A program made the position numbers and the translations under genes. A stretch of DNA of 64,000 nt from Candidatus Daviesbacteria bacterium (lineage in GTDB: Bacteria; Patescibacteriota; Microgenomatia; Daviesbacterales; UBA10151): positions 398 through 64,397 of the forward strand of contig JACOXG010000013.1 of the NCBI GenBank assembly GCA_016176405.1, in the 5' to 3' direction. The notes beneath the pieces were generated by a model. The model ran no database searches and had not been told where the DNA came from. It saw only the letters and a program-made list of their open reading frames with translations. The number at the start of each line of letters is the position of its first letter. Within the stretch, counting starts at the first letter, position 1. Of the stretch, positions 47,750 to 57,003 are shown in pieces.

Positions 47750-48197
47750 TTTAAACTTAACCCTGATTGGTATAATTTTACTTCTTTTAATTATTGCTTA
47801 TCTTTTAGGTAGACTACAAGGAAGAGGTCCGCAAGATATCCCCTCGGATCTGATTGATTTGTACCGAGGAGTACAAGAATTACCAGCCAGAATTTTACAG
47901 GTAATTCAGGGCTCAATTAATCCTCAGAAAGGTAGAATGGCAGAGCTTTTAACTTATGCTGAACTGAGATATGATTATGATCGGATTATCCCTTTAGGTT
48001 GGCCAATTGACTTTATTGGTATTAAAAATGGTGATCGGATTGACTTTATTGAAGTCAAGAGCGGACAAACTCATCTCTTGACAGATGAAGAAAAACACAT
48101 TAAAAACCTAATTGCTACGGGAAGAGTCAATTTTAGACTAATTAAGGTTTCAGAGGAAGAAATCCAAAAGTTTGTTTCTGCCCAGAAAGGGGATTAG
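47742..48197 (+). CDS. hypothetical membrane-anchored protein with a PD-(D/E)XK-like core, located between dnaA and dnaN (GTG start)
   Basis: N-terminal TM helix, then DFIGIKNGDRIDFIEVKSG, a D..(D/E)xK nuclease-like motif. Confidence 0.35.
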   Translation: MDNLNLTLIGIILLLLIIAYLLGRLQGRGPQDIPSDLIDLYRGVQELPARILQVIQGSINPQKGRMAELLTYAELRYDYDRIIPLGWPIDFIGIKNGDRIDFIEVKSGQTHLLTDEEKHIKNLIATGRVNFRLIKVSEEEIQKFVSAQKGD

Positions 48198-48198
48198 G

Positions 48199-49296
48199 GT
48201 GAAGTTTTCTTGTCTACAACAAGATCTGCTGCCTCCATTACAACAAGTCGGTCGCTCTGTTGGAGTTCATTCAGCCTTACCTGTTCTGGATAATATTTTA
48301 CTCTCTTGTGAGGGTAAAAAGTTAAGATTAGCAGCCACTAATTTGGAGGTTGGGGTAATAAAGTGGGTCCCAGTTGAGGTGGAAATAGAGGGTGAGCTAA
48401 CCATTCCTGCCAAAACCTTTATTGAGCTAATTTCCAGCTTGGGGCAAAGTAAAATCACCTTTGAGTCTGAGGGAGAAATTTTAACTGTTGAGTCTGGTAA
48501 AGCCAAGGTTACCATCAACGGTATTGCCGCCTCTGAGTTTCCTGCCATTCCGCTACCAGACGGTAAGGGCTTTTCTTTTCCCAAACATATCTTTTTAGCT
48601 TGCTCTCAGATTCTTTTTGCCACCGCAGTTGATGAAGGCAGACCACAGCTGACAGGGGTTTTAACCAAAGCAGAGGGTCAAAAATTAGAGTTTGTAGCCA
48701 CTGATGGTTTTAGATTGGCTCATCTAATAGTACCCCTTGATAAAGAGGGCGCTCCTTTTAAAAGTCTTATTCCCAAAAGAACTTTTGAGGAGATTTTAAG
48801 AATCATTGCTGAAGATAGCGAGGATCAGCTGACTATTTCACCTTCCCAAAATCAAAATCAAATTGTTTTTACTATTGGCCCAACCACTCTTTCCTCCAGA
48901 CTAATTGAGGGGGTTTTTCCTTCTTGGGAAAAAATTATCCCCCAAAAAACTAATACCAGGTTGATCTTGGAACGGGAGGAATTTTTAAAGGCCTTAAAGT
49001 TGGCTGCCATCTTTTCTGCCAGTGAAAATGTGGTTAGTTTAGAATTAGGCAAAGATAAGTTTCAGCTCAGCTCATCTGCCAAGCAGTTAGGTACTCAGGA
49101 GAATGAACTGGAGGCTCAGGTTGAAGGAGAACAGTTAAAGATTGCCTTTAATACCAAGTTTTTATTGGATGTTGTTTCAGCTGCCTCCTCAAAGCAGCTG
49201 ATGGTAGAATTTTCCGGCCCCCTGTCTCCTGCCTTGATTAAACCAGTCGGCATAGAAGGATTGGAATATATTTTAATGCCAGTCAGGTTAACCTAA
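48199..49296 (+). CDS. dnaN: DNA polymerase III beta sliding clamp
   Basis: VKFSCLQQDLLPPLQQVGRSVGVHSALPVLDNILL aligns with the DnaN N-terminus; three-domain length. The GTG at 48199 follows the upstream stop directly; the ORF-track start at 48172 overlaps the preceding gene. Confidence 0.85.
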   Translation: MKFSCLQQDLLPPLQQVGRSVGVHSALPVLDNILLSCEGKKLRLAATNLEVGVIKWVPVEVEIEGELTIPAKTFIELISSLGQSKITFESEGEILTVESGKAKVTINGIAASEFPAIPLPDGKGFSFPKHIFLACSQILFATAVDEGRPQLTGVLTKAEGQKLEFVATDGFRLAHLIVPLDKEGAPFKSLIPKRTFEEILRIIAEDSEDQLTISPSQNQNQIVFTIGPTTLSSRLIEGVFPSWEKIIPQKTNTRLILEREEFLKALKLAAIFSASENVVSLELGKDKFQLSSSAKQLGTQENELEAQVEGEQLKIAFNTKFLLDVVSAASSKQLMVEFSGPLSPALIKPVGIEGLEYILMPVRLT

Positions 49297-49748
49297 AAGC
49301 CTCTAAATTTGACTGTTTTAAAATGGTAAATTTTTTCTTCACTTAATTTGCTACCATCCTCAAATTTGGTATCACCTAAAATAATTAAGGTGTATTCATA
49401 TCCCAACTCAAAGGGTTTGTCCGGAATAATTTTAACTGTCCTTTTATCCTCTGATAACTCCAAACTATATTCAATTTCAGGTTCAAGTCTGTGCTTAAAC
49501 TCACCAGTAAACGATAAGGATTTGTTAAAGGTGATTTCTATAATCTCATCAGAGGAAATAGTGGCATTATCCAAAGGATCTGGTTTGGTAGAAATGATTT
49601 CGGCAGATTCATCTTGGTTTGACTGTGGATTTATTTGATTCTGATTGGGTACACTAGATTGTTTATTATTTTGATTAATCCACCAAAAAATACCAGCTAG
49701 GACGGCTAATCCAATTACTAAAACCACGATTTTCTTGTTTACTTGCAT
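49293..49748 (-). CDS. membrane-anchored/secreted beta-rich protein, first gene-end of the T4SS-like cluster
   Basis: N-terminal TM/signal (IVVLVIGLAVLAGIFWWI), a Gln/Asn/Ser linker, and an Ig-like beta-rich C-terminus. Confidence 0.4.
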   Translation of the reverse strand: MQVNKKIVVLVIGLAVLAGIFWWINQNNKQSSVPNQNQINPQSNQDESAEIISTKPDPLDNATISSDEIIEITFNKSLSFTGEFKHRLEPEIEYSLELSEDKRTVKIIPDKPFELGYEYTLIILGDTKFEDGSKLSEEKIYHFKTVKFRGF

Positions 49749-51577
49749 AAGTTAAAGTATAGATCAGCCGGTTTAAATACTCCATCCTCCTGGATTGTGA
49801 CATGAACATGATCTGTATCTGCTAAATATTGACCTACAGGTGTGGCCGATTGAGCCGTCTGTCCCACTCTTAGGATGGGTGTAATATGTACAAATCTAAT
49901 TGTGTAGTTTTTAGTTTTGGCAGATAGAGCAAATCCGCCACCTTCATTTGTACTTATTGGTGTGCCGGATTCAATGATAGTCCAAGTGACTTGCTCGCCA
50001 TTTAAATAAGGCAAAAATACTGTTTTGTCAGAGCTCTGTAGATCAACAGCTGTTGATCTACCTGTCACATCAGGAGATGCGCAAGGATACTTTTGTTGGT
50101 ATTCTGCACTGCAATGGCCCCCAGGAGTGTCTTTTGAGCCAAGAGTAACGATGCCTCCATTAAGAGGACAACTAACTATCCCATTTCCTCCTCCTGGATT
50201 ATAGCCACTACTGGTTACTTGACAATTTTGGTAGTCTTGCCAGACCTCATTGCAATAACTGTAGCTGCCATAGTTGCAGCTATTGTAGTAGAGTCGGATG
50301 GCTGTATTGACCTGATCTTGAGTTGGCTGTTGAGTAATTCCGTTGGCTTTTAATTTCTCTGCTGCAATTGCCAAGCTGTTGGTAATACTACAAAGGTCTC
50401 CTTTACCTTGATTGTAAATGTCCAAAAGCTGCATCAACCCAACTGCTTGGGCAGTTCTGGCTCCTCTGGCAATTTCTTCAGCAGTACACGGATCATCTTT
50501 TTCAGGATTACTATGTAAAACCTGACCATTTAGCTCACAAAAGCTTTTAGCCTTCTGGCAATACTGATTAGATTTAATAGCATCATGATTATCATCAGCA
50601 TTAGCCACAAAATTGGCACTTTCATGCATGGCAATGCTTGCCAAAACTGCTGGAGCAGCTCCTGCATTGTTACCAGCTGCCACAATCCATCCTTGTAAAG
50701 TGGTGCTTTTAATAGGTAAAGAAGTGCCAGAACGGGTGAACTTGCAATTACTAATGTTAGTGACTGGTGTCACTCCGGCTTCAGACTCTTCTGTGGAAGT
50801 TAAAGGAACAGAAAATCCTGTCAGAAACAGTAGTGCCAAAAATGCTAAAATTATCCCCCAGACTACTTTTTTTGAAGAAGTTTTGGCCCAATTTACTCCT
50901 GGTGAATTGGGAAATCTGCTTAGAACATCGCCTATCCCCCCAATGAATCTGAAACCTCCGTTACCTACCCCACCTAAAACACCACCTAACCCACCGCCCA
51001 GTCTGCTGCCAAATTTTTTTATACCAATGCCTGTGGAAGAACCTAAGTTTTTGACCACCCGCTCACCCACCGCCACCCCACTTCTGTTGGCCACAGCTAG
51101 TTTGGAAGGAGCTGTTTCCTCTGGAGGAGGTTGAGGTGCTCGGGGTACAGTATGAACTATCCTGGGTACTCCAAAAGATCCGCCAGGCATAGGAGGGATA
51201 CCTCCAGCTGCTCCAGCCGCTTCAGCTGGAGGTGATGGTGGCAGGGTTTCTGCCTGCCCAGAAGGAATACCTTCTGCTGAGGCTGTAGGCTCTTCATAAA
51301 AAATTTGTTCCTCAGGTGTTTTGGCGCCTTTATTAATTTCTGTAATTAGTTCACTATTTTTTCTATAAAGGTCTCTGGTAAAAGCCTCAGCAAAATCCTG
51401 ATTGTCCCTGTATGCTAGATTATATTTTTGAAACTGATATCTGGCAGATGGGAAAATCTCCTTTTCAAAATCATATTCATAACCTTTGTAACGGAATTTA
51501 GTTTCTGAGGAATATCTTGGATTAGCTTTGCGCTCCAGAGCCAATGCCAAAAGTTTTTTGTCAGTTATTATTGCCAT
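49739..51577 (-). CDS. bitopic cell-wall hydrolase: SLT-family lytic transglycosylase domain + C-terminal M23 peptidase domain (VirB1/PrgK/TcpG-like role)
   Basis: Cytoplasmic N-terminus, Pro/Gly-rich linker, single TM (VVWGIILAFLALLFLTGF). SLT motifs: MHESANF (catalytic ES) and AVGLMQL. C-terminal M23-like region FVHITP...TDHVHVTIQEDG. Confidence 0.6.
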   Translation of the reverse strand: MAIITDKKLLALALERKANPRYSSETKFRYKGYEYDFEKEIFPSARYQFQKYNLAYRDNQDFAEAFTRDLYRKNSELITEINKGAKTPEEQIFYEEPTASAEGIPSGQAETLPPSPPAEAAGAAGGIPPMPGGSFGVPRIVHTVPRAPQPPPEETAPSKLAVANRSGVAVGERVVKNLGSSTGIGIKKFGSRLGGGLGGVLGGVGNGGFRFIGGIGDVLSRFPNSPGVNWAKTSSKKVVWGIILAFLALLFLTGFSVPLTSTEESEAGVTPVTNISNCKFTRSGTSLPIKSTTLQGWIVAAGNNAGAAPAVLASIAMHESANFVANADDNHDAIKSNQYCQKAKSFCELNGQVLHSNPEKDDPCTAEEIARGARTAQAVGLMQLLDIYNQGKGDLCSITNSLAIAAEKLKANGITQQPTQDQVNTAIRLYYNSCNYGSYSYCNEVWQDYQNCQVTSSGYNPGGGNGIVSCPLNGGIVTLGSKDTPGGHCSAEYQQKYPCASPDVTGRSTAVDLQSSDKTVFLPYLNGEQVTWTIIESGTPISTNEGGGFALSAKTKNYTIRFVHITPILRVGQTAQSATPVGQYLADTDHVHVTIQEDGVFKPADLYFNLCK

Positions 51578-51596
51578 AAATTCATTTTATCTTCTC

Positions 51597-53393
51597 TTAT
51601 GCATTTTGTCTTGCCAAAATTTCCTGTGGGCTGGATGTAATCAGCTCATGTTCTTTAGGGGAAGCCACTACGCTCATGGCTACATGGGTTGATCCGGCAA
51701 AAAATAGGCCTTGGCCTACCCCGGCTGATAATAGCAGTCTCTCCTCTCCTTCCGACAGATAAAAAACCTTAGATAACAGATCAATTGAGGCCGGAGCTTG
51801 TTTAAGTAGGACCTGGATAGATGAGTTGGAAATAATTTCTTTACCCCTCTCAGTTGCCAAAAAATCCTCCACATCTTGGGTTATGGTGGTTAGTCCCAGA
51901 TAGTATTTTCTGGCTCTTTTGGCCATATCCACCAAAAAGTTGGCTGAATCTTCATTTCTCATCAAATACCAGGCCTCATCCACAATTAAAATTCTTTTTT
52001 TGAGCTTAGTTCTGATTTTAGTCCAGACATAATCCAAAATCATATGGATGGCCAAAGGTCGGAGTTGATCAGCCAAATCCCGTACCGAAAAAACTGTGAA
52101 GGAGTTGGTTAAATTGATGTTGGATTGGGAAGAAAAAATGCCCATCAGGGAACCCCTGATAAATCTTTCCAATCTGGCAGCCAGCTCTATGGCTGGTCCC
52201 TCCTCCATGCCCACTAAAATTTTATAAAGATCCTCCATCAAAGGAGGCTGTCTATTTTGAGTTTTTGGATCATCGGTGATACCTTTAAGCTGATAAGTTT
52301 GCTTTAGGGCTCGATCCAAAATGGCACCTTCTGTGGCAGTTAGTTGTCCCAAGACCAATTTTAGAAAAGTAGTTAAAGACAAAATTTTTCGTCCCAGCTC
52401 ATTTTCTCCACTTATTTCTGCTGACATATCAAAGGGATTGATCTTAACCGGCGAAGATGAGGAAAAATTAATAAATTCTCCTCCCACTGCCTGAGCTAAA
52501 GGTAGATACTCTTGCTCAGGATCAATCACGATAATTTCTGTCCCAAACATCAAAGAACGTAGCGCTTCCAGCTTGACAAAGTAACTTTTCCCAGCACCGG
52601 ATTTAGCAAAAACCACCGAGTTGGCATTTTCCAAAGTAAACCTGTCAAATAAAATCAAAGAATCATTGTGAGCATTGATACCATACATAATGCCTTCATT
52701 AGCTGTGAGCTCCGATGAGGCAAAAGGAAAAGTGGTAGCCAAAGAGGTAGTATCCATGTTATGAGCCAGGTTAAGATAATCAACGCCGATGGGAATAGTT
52801 GATCTAAAACCATCTTCCATCTGTAAAGTGGTGGGTCGGGCAGTCATCGACAGGGAGGCAAAGGTTGATTCCACCAGTTTGGAGGTGTTATGGAGTTCTT
52901 CTTTAGATAAAGCAGGTACTGTGATGTATAAGGCAAACTGAAAAAATCTCTCCGCTCCTCTGACCAGTTGATCTTGTAAGGCCCTGGCATCTTCCAAAGC
53001 CACCTCAACTGCTGGATCAACAGCTCTGCCTCTTTCCAGATCTGTTTGGAGCGTTGCCTCCATCTCAGCAATCTTTCTTTTTAATTCATCCAAAACCCCA
53101 GCTGATTCTGAAGGATAAATGAACATGGAGATAAATAGGGAATGATCAAAGGAGATTAATGGTTCTAGCCAGTTTGGTTCCACAAATCTGGGGTAGTTTG
53201 ATACAAAGTAGCTTCTAAAGAAACGATCATTGATGTTGAGCTCATTAAAGTCCACCTCAATCTCTGCCGGGGCAATCACATCAGAGATGGTCAGTTGATC
53301 TTCCCTAGCCACTTCTTCTGGCTTGGTCTTTTTGAATAAACTCGATAATTTCACGTTTTTTGAATCCTTATCCCTCCAACTCCTCCACCACAA
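51597..53393 (-). CDS. VirB4/TraC/CagE-family type IV secretion ATPase
   Basis: Walker A FAKSGAGKSYFV, Walker B RILIVDEAWYLM, and the conserved VirB4 C-terminal region (GLTTITQDVEDF). Confidence 0.8.
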   Translation of the reverse strand: MWWRSWRDKDSKNVKLSSLFKKTKPEEVAREDQLTISDVIAPAEIEVDFNELNINDRFFRSYFVSNYPRFVEPNWLEPLISFDHSLFISMFIYPSESAGVLDELKRKIAEMEATLQTDLERGRAVDPAVEVALEDARALQDQLVRGAERFFQFALYITVPALSKEELHNTSKLVESTFASLSMTARPTTLQMEDGFRSTIPIGVDYLNLAHNMDTTSLATTFPFASSELTANEGIMYGINAHNDSLILFDRFTLENANSVVFAKSGAGKSYFVKLEALRSLMFGTEIIVIDPEQEYLPLAQAVGGEFINFSSSSPVKINPFDMSAEISGENELGRKILSLTTFLKLVLGQLTATEGAILDRALKQTYQLKGITDDPKTQNRQPPLMEDLYKILVGMEEGPAIELAARLERFIRGSLMGIFSSQSNINLTNSFTVFSVRDLADQLRPLAIHMILDYVWTKIRTKLKKRILIVDEAWYLMRNEDSANFLVDMAKRARKYYLGLTTITQDVEDFLATERGKEIISNSSIQVLLKQAPASIDLLSKVFYLSEGEERLLLSAGVGQGLFFAGSTHVAMSVVASPKEHELITSSPQEILARQNA

Positions 53394-54126
53394 ATGGGTG
53401 AGCTCTCGATGATTGGCTTCTAATTGGAGCTTGGTCTAATTTTGTTTCAGCTGCTATTTGAGAAACCTGGGCTGGTGTGACAGTTTCTAAAGGTTTGGGA
53501 GTACTCTTAGGCTCCTTTAAATTAACAGGCATGGTGGGTAAAGCTGGACTGGGTTTGGTACTGTAGTTGTAGATATTAAAAAAAACTTGTAAAAGTTTTT
53601 GGTTATCAAGCTGGGTGGCTTTCAAGCCGATTCTAGACAGCTGTCTCAAAATTTGATCTCGCCTGGGTAGTAGGACAGTTTTTATTTTTTGCTCCAGAGC
53701 TTGTTTTGAGGCAATCAGCCCCAGTTCCAATTTAAAAAGGGGCACCACTATATAAAATTTTTTATCTAAAACTTCATTTTCTTTGATGGTGGATTGGATA
53801 AATTGCCGGTAATGACTCATCATCTGAGATAACAGTTGGTTAGTTTGACTCTTTTGCGCCTTATTCAACAGCTCAAGATAGGATGAGATGTCCAATCTTT
53901 CTGAATCGATGACAATTTGGATACTAAAGGATAGGGAATTTAGCATTTGGGCAAAAGCATCAATGATGGCCATTTGCTCCCGGCCAGAAAGCAAACCAAA
54001 ATTAACAGCCGAAACTTGCAAAATTAAGGCTCCGCCACCACCTTTTAAAATGACGATTCCTTCCTGAATATCAGCTATGGGCAGATGATTTTGGGTGGTA
54101 TTCATGTTAGCTTTTAGCCACCACAT
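53368..54126 (-). CDS. hypothetical T4SS-associated protein (26-nt overlap with the VirB4 gene; possibly a detached VirB4 N-terminal module)
   Basis: 252 aa, no TM; coupled to the downstream ATPase gene by overlap. Confidence 0.35.
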   Translation of the reverse strand: MWWLKANMNTTQNHLPIADIQEGIVILKGGGGALILQVSAVNFGLLSGREQMAIIDAFAQMLNSLSFSIQIVIDSERLDISSYLELLNKAQKSQTNQLLSQMMSHYRQFIQSTIKENEVLDKKFYIVVPLFKLELGLIASKQALEQKIKTVLLPRRDQILRQLSRIGLKATQLDNQKLLQVFFNIYNYSTKPSPALPTMPVNLKEPKSTPKPLETVTPAQVSQIAAETKLDQAPIRSQSSRAHPFVVEELEG

Positions 54127-55183
54127 TAATGGGTGGTAAAACAGAACCTGTCAGTTCAATCTGTAATACATCAAAGGCAAAATTTTCCTTCTCCAGCTCC
54201 AGAGTGTAGATGCCATTAGGCAAAGGAGTAGAGCCACTAAATTGACCTAATTTGTTAGTTTTTAAGGCTCTGACTGGTAGACCCTCTTTGTCATAGATGA
54301 CTGCCACCACTCCTTCTAAATAATTGCCCACTGTATCTTTGACCACCCCATTAATCACATTAGGAAAAGTAGTCAGGGCCACCTGAGCAATCTTTGGTCT
54401 AATTGGGATGACTACCTTAACTTTTTCCTTAGGTGGCTCTTTTTCCGAAGGTTCCGGAGGCCCGGAAACATTTTCCAGTTTTTCCTTGACCGCCGATGCT
54501 TGAGTGATCATGTTTTTTAAATCAGCCAGGATCTTATTGACTTGCTGGCTGTAATCAACTGGTATGGGAGTAGGTTTGGTAGCTTCAGCCCTAATTTGTC
54601 CTAAAGTTCTTTCTGTCTGAATAATTTTTAGCTGTAAATCTTGAGCCTGTTTGGCCAAGTCAACTGTTTTTTGCAACTCTTCGCCGGTGGGCAGTTGGGA
54701 GACAGGTTTAGAGAGCTGAGGAGTTGGTGGAGTAGGTTCTTCGGGCACCTTTTTCATCTGAGGACCGGAAGTAAAAACTAACAATCGGCTGCCAAAAAGA
54801 GGATCTTCAAAATAGCTTTTACCTGCTCTTATCCAAGATCTTTTGGTGGGAGAATAGATGGCTTTAATGAAGGCTGCAAACCAGTGATCAAGGGGTCTAG
54901 ATCCTATTGGTAAAAAAGCAAAAGCTACTCCTGAAAGGGCCGATAAAACAATCAAAGGCCAAGCCAGATAAGGGTAAGGAGCGGCTAAAAAGACAAACAT
55001 TAAATAGGCCAAACCAACACCGGTTGCCAGGTAAAGAAACTGTTTTAAAGTCATATCCCCAATCAGCCTAAACTGAAATGAGGTGACATTTTGTGGAATA
55101 GGATGTGGTTCCATGACTATAAGGTATGCTACAGCGTGAAAAATTACAGGTAAAGAGGTACAAAGTAGGTCATTTAAGGGCAA
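54107..55183 (-). CDS. T4SS-associated membrane protein: VirB3-like two-TM N-terminus + C-terminal carboxypeptidase-regulatory-like beta-sandwich domain
   Basis: TM pair (FLYLATGVGLAYLMFVFLAAP / LIVLSALSGVAFAFLPI), a Pro/Glu/Lys linker, and a C-terminal GVVKDTVGNYLEGVVAVIYDKEG..NGIYTLEL CarbopepD_reg-like region. Confidence 0.4.
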   Translation of the reverse strand: MPLNDLLCTSLPVIFHAVAYLIVMEPHPIPQNVTSFQFRLIGDMTLKQFLYLATGVGLAYLMFVFLAAPYPYLAWPLIVLSALSGVAFAFLPIGSRPLDHWFAAFIKAIYSPTKRSWIRAGKSYFEDPLFGSRLLVFTSGPQMKKVPEEPTPPTPQLSKPVSQLPTGEELQKTVDLAKQAQDLQLKIIQTERTLGQIRAEATKPTPIPVDYSQQVNKILADLKNMITQASAVKEKLENVSGPPEPSEKEPPKEKVKVVIPIRPKIAQVALTTFPNVINGVVKDTVGNYLEGVVAVIYDKEGLPVRALKTNKLGQFSGSTPLPNGIYTLELEKENFAFDVLQIELTGSVLPPINVVAKS

Positions 55184-55266
55184 TCTGAACCAATCTGAGA
55201 GAAAGTACTACACAATATACGCTATATTGACAGAAAAAGTTTTCTTGATATGCTGAAATGGTGGTG

Positions 55267-55315
55267 TACCATCCTGAGTACTGAGCGAAGTCGAAGTATC
55301 GAAGGGTAAGGTACA
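55267..55315 (+). repeat. copy of the dispersed repeat with GTACC/GGTAC inverted termini, in the leader of the minus-strand T4SS operon
   Basis: gtaccatcctgagtactgagcgaagtcgaagtatcgaagggtaaggtac. Confidence 0.55.
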
Positions 55316-55480
55316 AAAGGGAATCCAGTGTAAATCTGGAGTCCATGAAGTGGATCGCTTAGCGATCACTTCAGGACCATGAAGTGAACTTTGCTCTACT
55401 TCATGGCTGTGCCGCAACTGTTAAAGCCAGGAGACCGACCACTCCGCCATCTGGCGGATTCTTTCCCGAGCAGGAGCAAT

Positions 55481-56782
55481 ATGCCAGTTGAAACCTTAGA
55501 ATCATCATATATTCCTCCACCTGAAATAGCCGAAATTGCCATCCCAGAAGTCTTTGTAGAGGCTTTTAGAGAAGAGCCTTCACCTTTAGAATTAAGATCA
55601 ACCAAAGTATCTGAAAGACAGTGGTATTTGTTGCCTGGAACAGGATTTGATGTTAGGGGGCAAATTAATAAACTGATCAGAAGTTTAAATTCTCACTTGG
55701 ATGGGAAAAATCAAGCACAAGTAGTGAGTGAATTTGTCGAAGATACAGCTGAAGATATGAGACATTTTGTAATTGAGTATCCCTTGCAAAGATTAGTTTT
55801 CCCTATTTTTTTAGATCTTAGACAAGGTGGAGTCAGAAAATTAATCGCCCCCCGCTATAGTAACCAGACTTATTCAGATTTGATTTCTTCACAAGAAAGA
55901 AGAGGATCTGTTAAAAGTTCAGTTCTTAGAATAGAGAGCCTGATGATTGATGCTCCTGAGGGTACTATCGCTGGATTCATCAGTCCTCCGGGCTGGACAG
56001 ATCTAGAGGATAGACAAGGAGGGAAGATTGAGTTTGTTGATAATCAAATTTACCTGTATAAAAAGACTAAGACCGGGTTAGAGGCAAGAACAGTTAGGAC
56101 TGATCTAACTTTGGAGCAAAGCGAATTATTACTAGAACAGCTCAACTTCACAAGGGAGAATCCTCCTAATTTACATACCCCGGAAGAAAGAATTATGACA
56201 GTGGTGGAAAGCGTTTTTTACTTACAAGGTCAGACCTTTGAAACTGTGGTGGATCTTATAAAAACAACCAAAGGTAGTGAGCTCGCTTATAAGGACAGAT
56301 CTTTTGAGGAGATTTATTATGATTTGAGTTTGGGTGATGATCTTTTGGACTTTAATTTGGATGTCCAAAAGTATGCTGAGCCAATCATTGAACAGTTTAA
56401 ACTTTTGGCTAGGAACAAATTGGTATATATTTCAGATCAAACTTTAGATGAGCTAGAAATGGAGTTGGGAAAAGCCATATTAAGAATACATAAAGCAATT
56501 AAGAGCAGACATTCTTCTGATGAAATGATTAGACCTATTCCCTATATGACAGAAACAGATTTTAAGAGAGAACTGGTACAACTGCAGGTAATACCAGGAT
56601 GTAATGGAGGAAGCTGTAGACGTTTTATTATAACAGCTTCTGGTGGTGTTAGAGAACTGGTAGGTAATTCAAAGTCCATATCCCCAGATTTTTATGAGTA
56701 TTGTCCTGCTTGTGATGAGGAAATTAATTGTACTGTTAAGGTTGGTCAATCATGCCCCAAATGTAATAAAGTCAGAATGTAA
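55481..56782 (+). CDS. hypothetical protein with a C-terminal multi-Cys zinc-ribbon-like module
   Basis: The ATG at 55481 has AGGAG 5 nt upstream; the ORF-track start at 55391 lacks an RBS and overlaps a GC hairpin. The C-terminus reads CNGGSC...CPACDEEINC...CPKCNK. Confidence 0.45.
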   Translation: MPVETLESSYIPPPEIAEIAIPEVFVEAFREEPSPLELRSTKVSERQWYLLPGTGFDVRGQINKLIRSLNSHLDGKNQAQVVSEFVEDTAEDMRHFVIEYPLQRLVFPIFLDLRQGGVRKLIAPRYSNQTYSDLISSQERRGSVKSSVLRIESLMIDAPEGTIAGFISPPGWTDLEDRQGGKIEFVDNQIYLYKKTKTGLEARTVRTDLTLEQSELLLEQLNFTRENPPNLHTPEERIMTVVESVFYLQGQTFETVVDLIKTTKGSELAYKDRSFEEIYYDLSLGDDLLDFNLDVQKYAEPIIEQFKLLARNKLVYISDQTLDELEMELGKAILRIHKAIKSRHSSDEMIRPIPYMTETDFKRELVQLQVIPGCNGGSCRRFIITASGGVRELVGNSKSISPDFYEYCPACDEEINCTVKVGQSCPKCNKVRM

Positions 56783-56863
56783 ATTGTAAATAAACTTTAG
56801 TTAAATTCATCCCAATACCGTCAGGATTATATCAGGATTTAATCAAGCACTTAATTCCGATTT

Positions 56864-56930
56864 ATTGTTAAATTGCTTCATTGTTATATTGTCTTAAAAA
56901 ACAATTTAACAGTTTAACAATATAACAATT
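56864..56930. promoter_or_regulatory. nested inverted repeats (TTGTTAAATTG / TTGTTATATTG ... CAATTTAACA / CAATATAACAA) upstream of a TTGACA-N18-TACACT promoter and GGAAAGG RBS for the giant gene
   Basis: Palindromes read directly from the sequence; a -35-like TTGACA at 56943-56948. Confidence 0.5.
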
Positions 56931-57003
56931 TTATTTGTTGAAGTTGACACTTAGGTTTCCAAGGCTCTACACTAATTAAGGTAGGCCTTGTGGAAAGGCT
57001 TAC

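Noticed and set aside
50613-51134. 173-aa plus-strand ORF inside the SLT+M23 hydrolase gene
   Set aside because: It is antisense to the Pro/Gly-rich linker region of the hydrolase. The resulting Pro/Ala-rich pseudo-protein is a compositional artefact.
55391-55480. N-terminal extension of the Cys-ribbon protein ORF
   Set aside because: It has no RBS and spans a GC hairpin, whereas the ATG at 55481 has AGGAG at optimal spacing.
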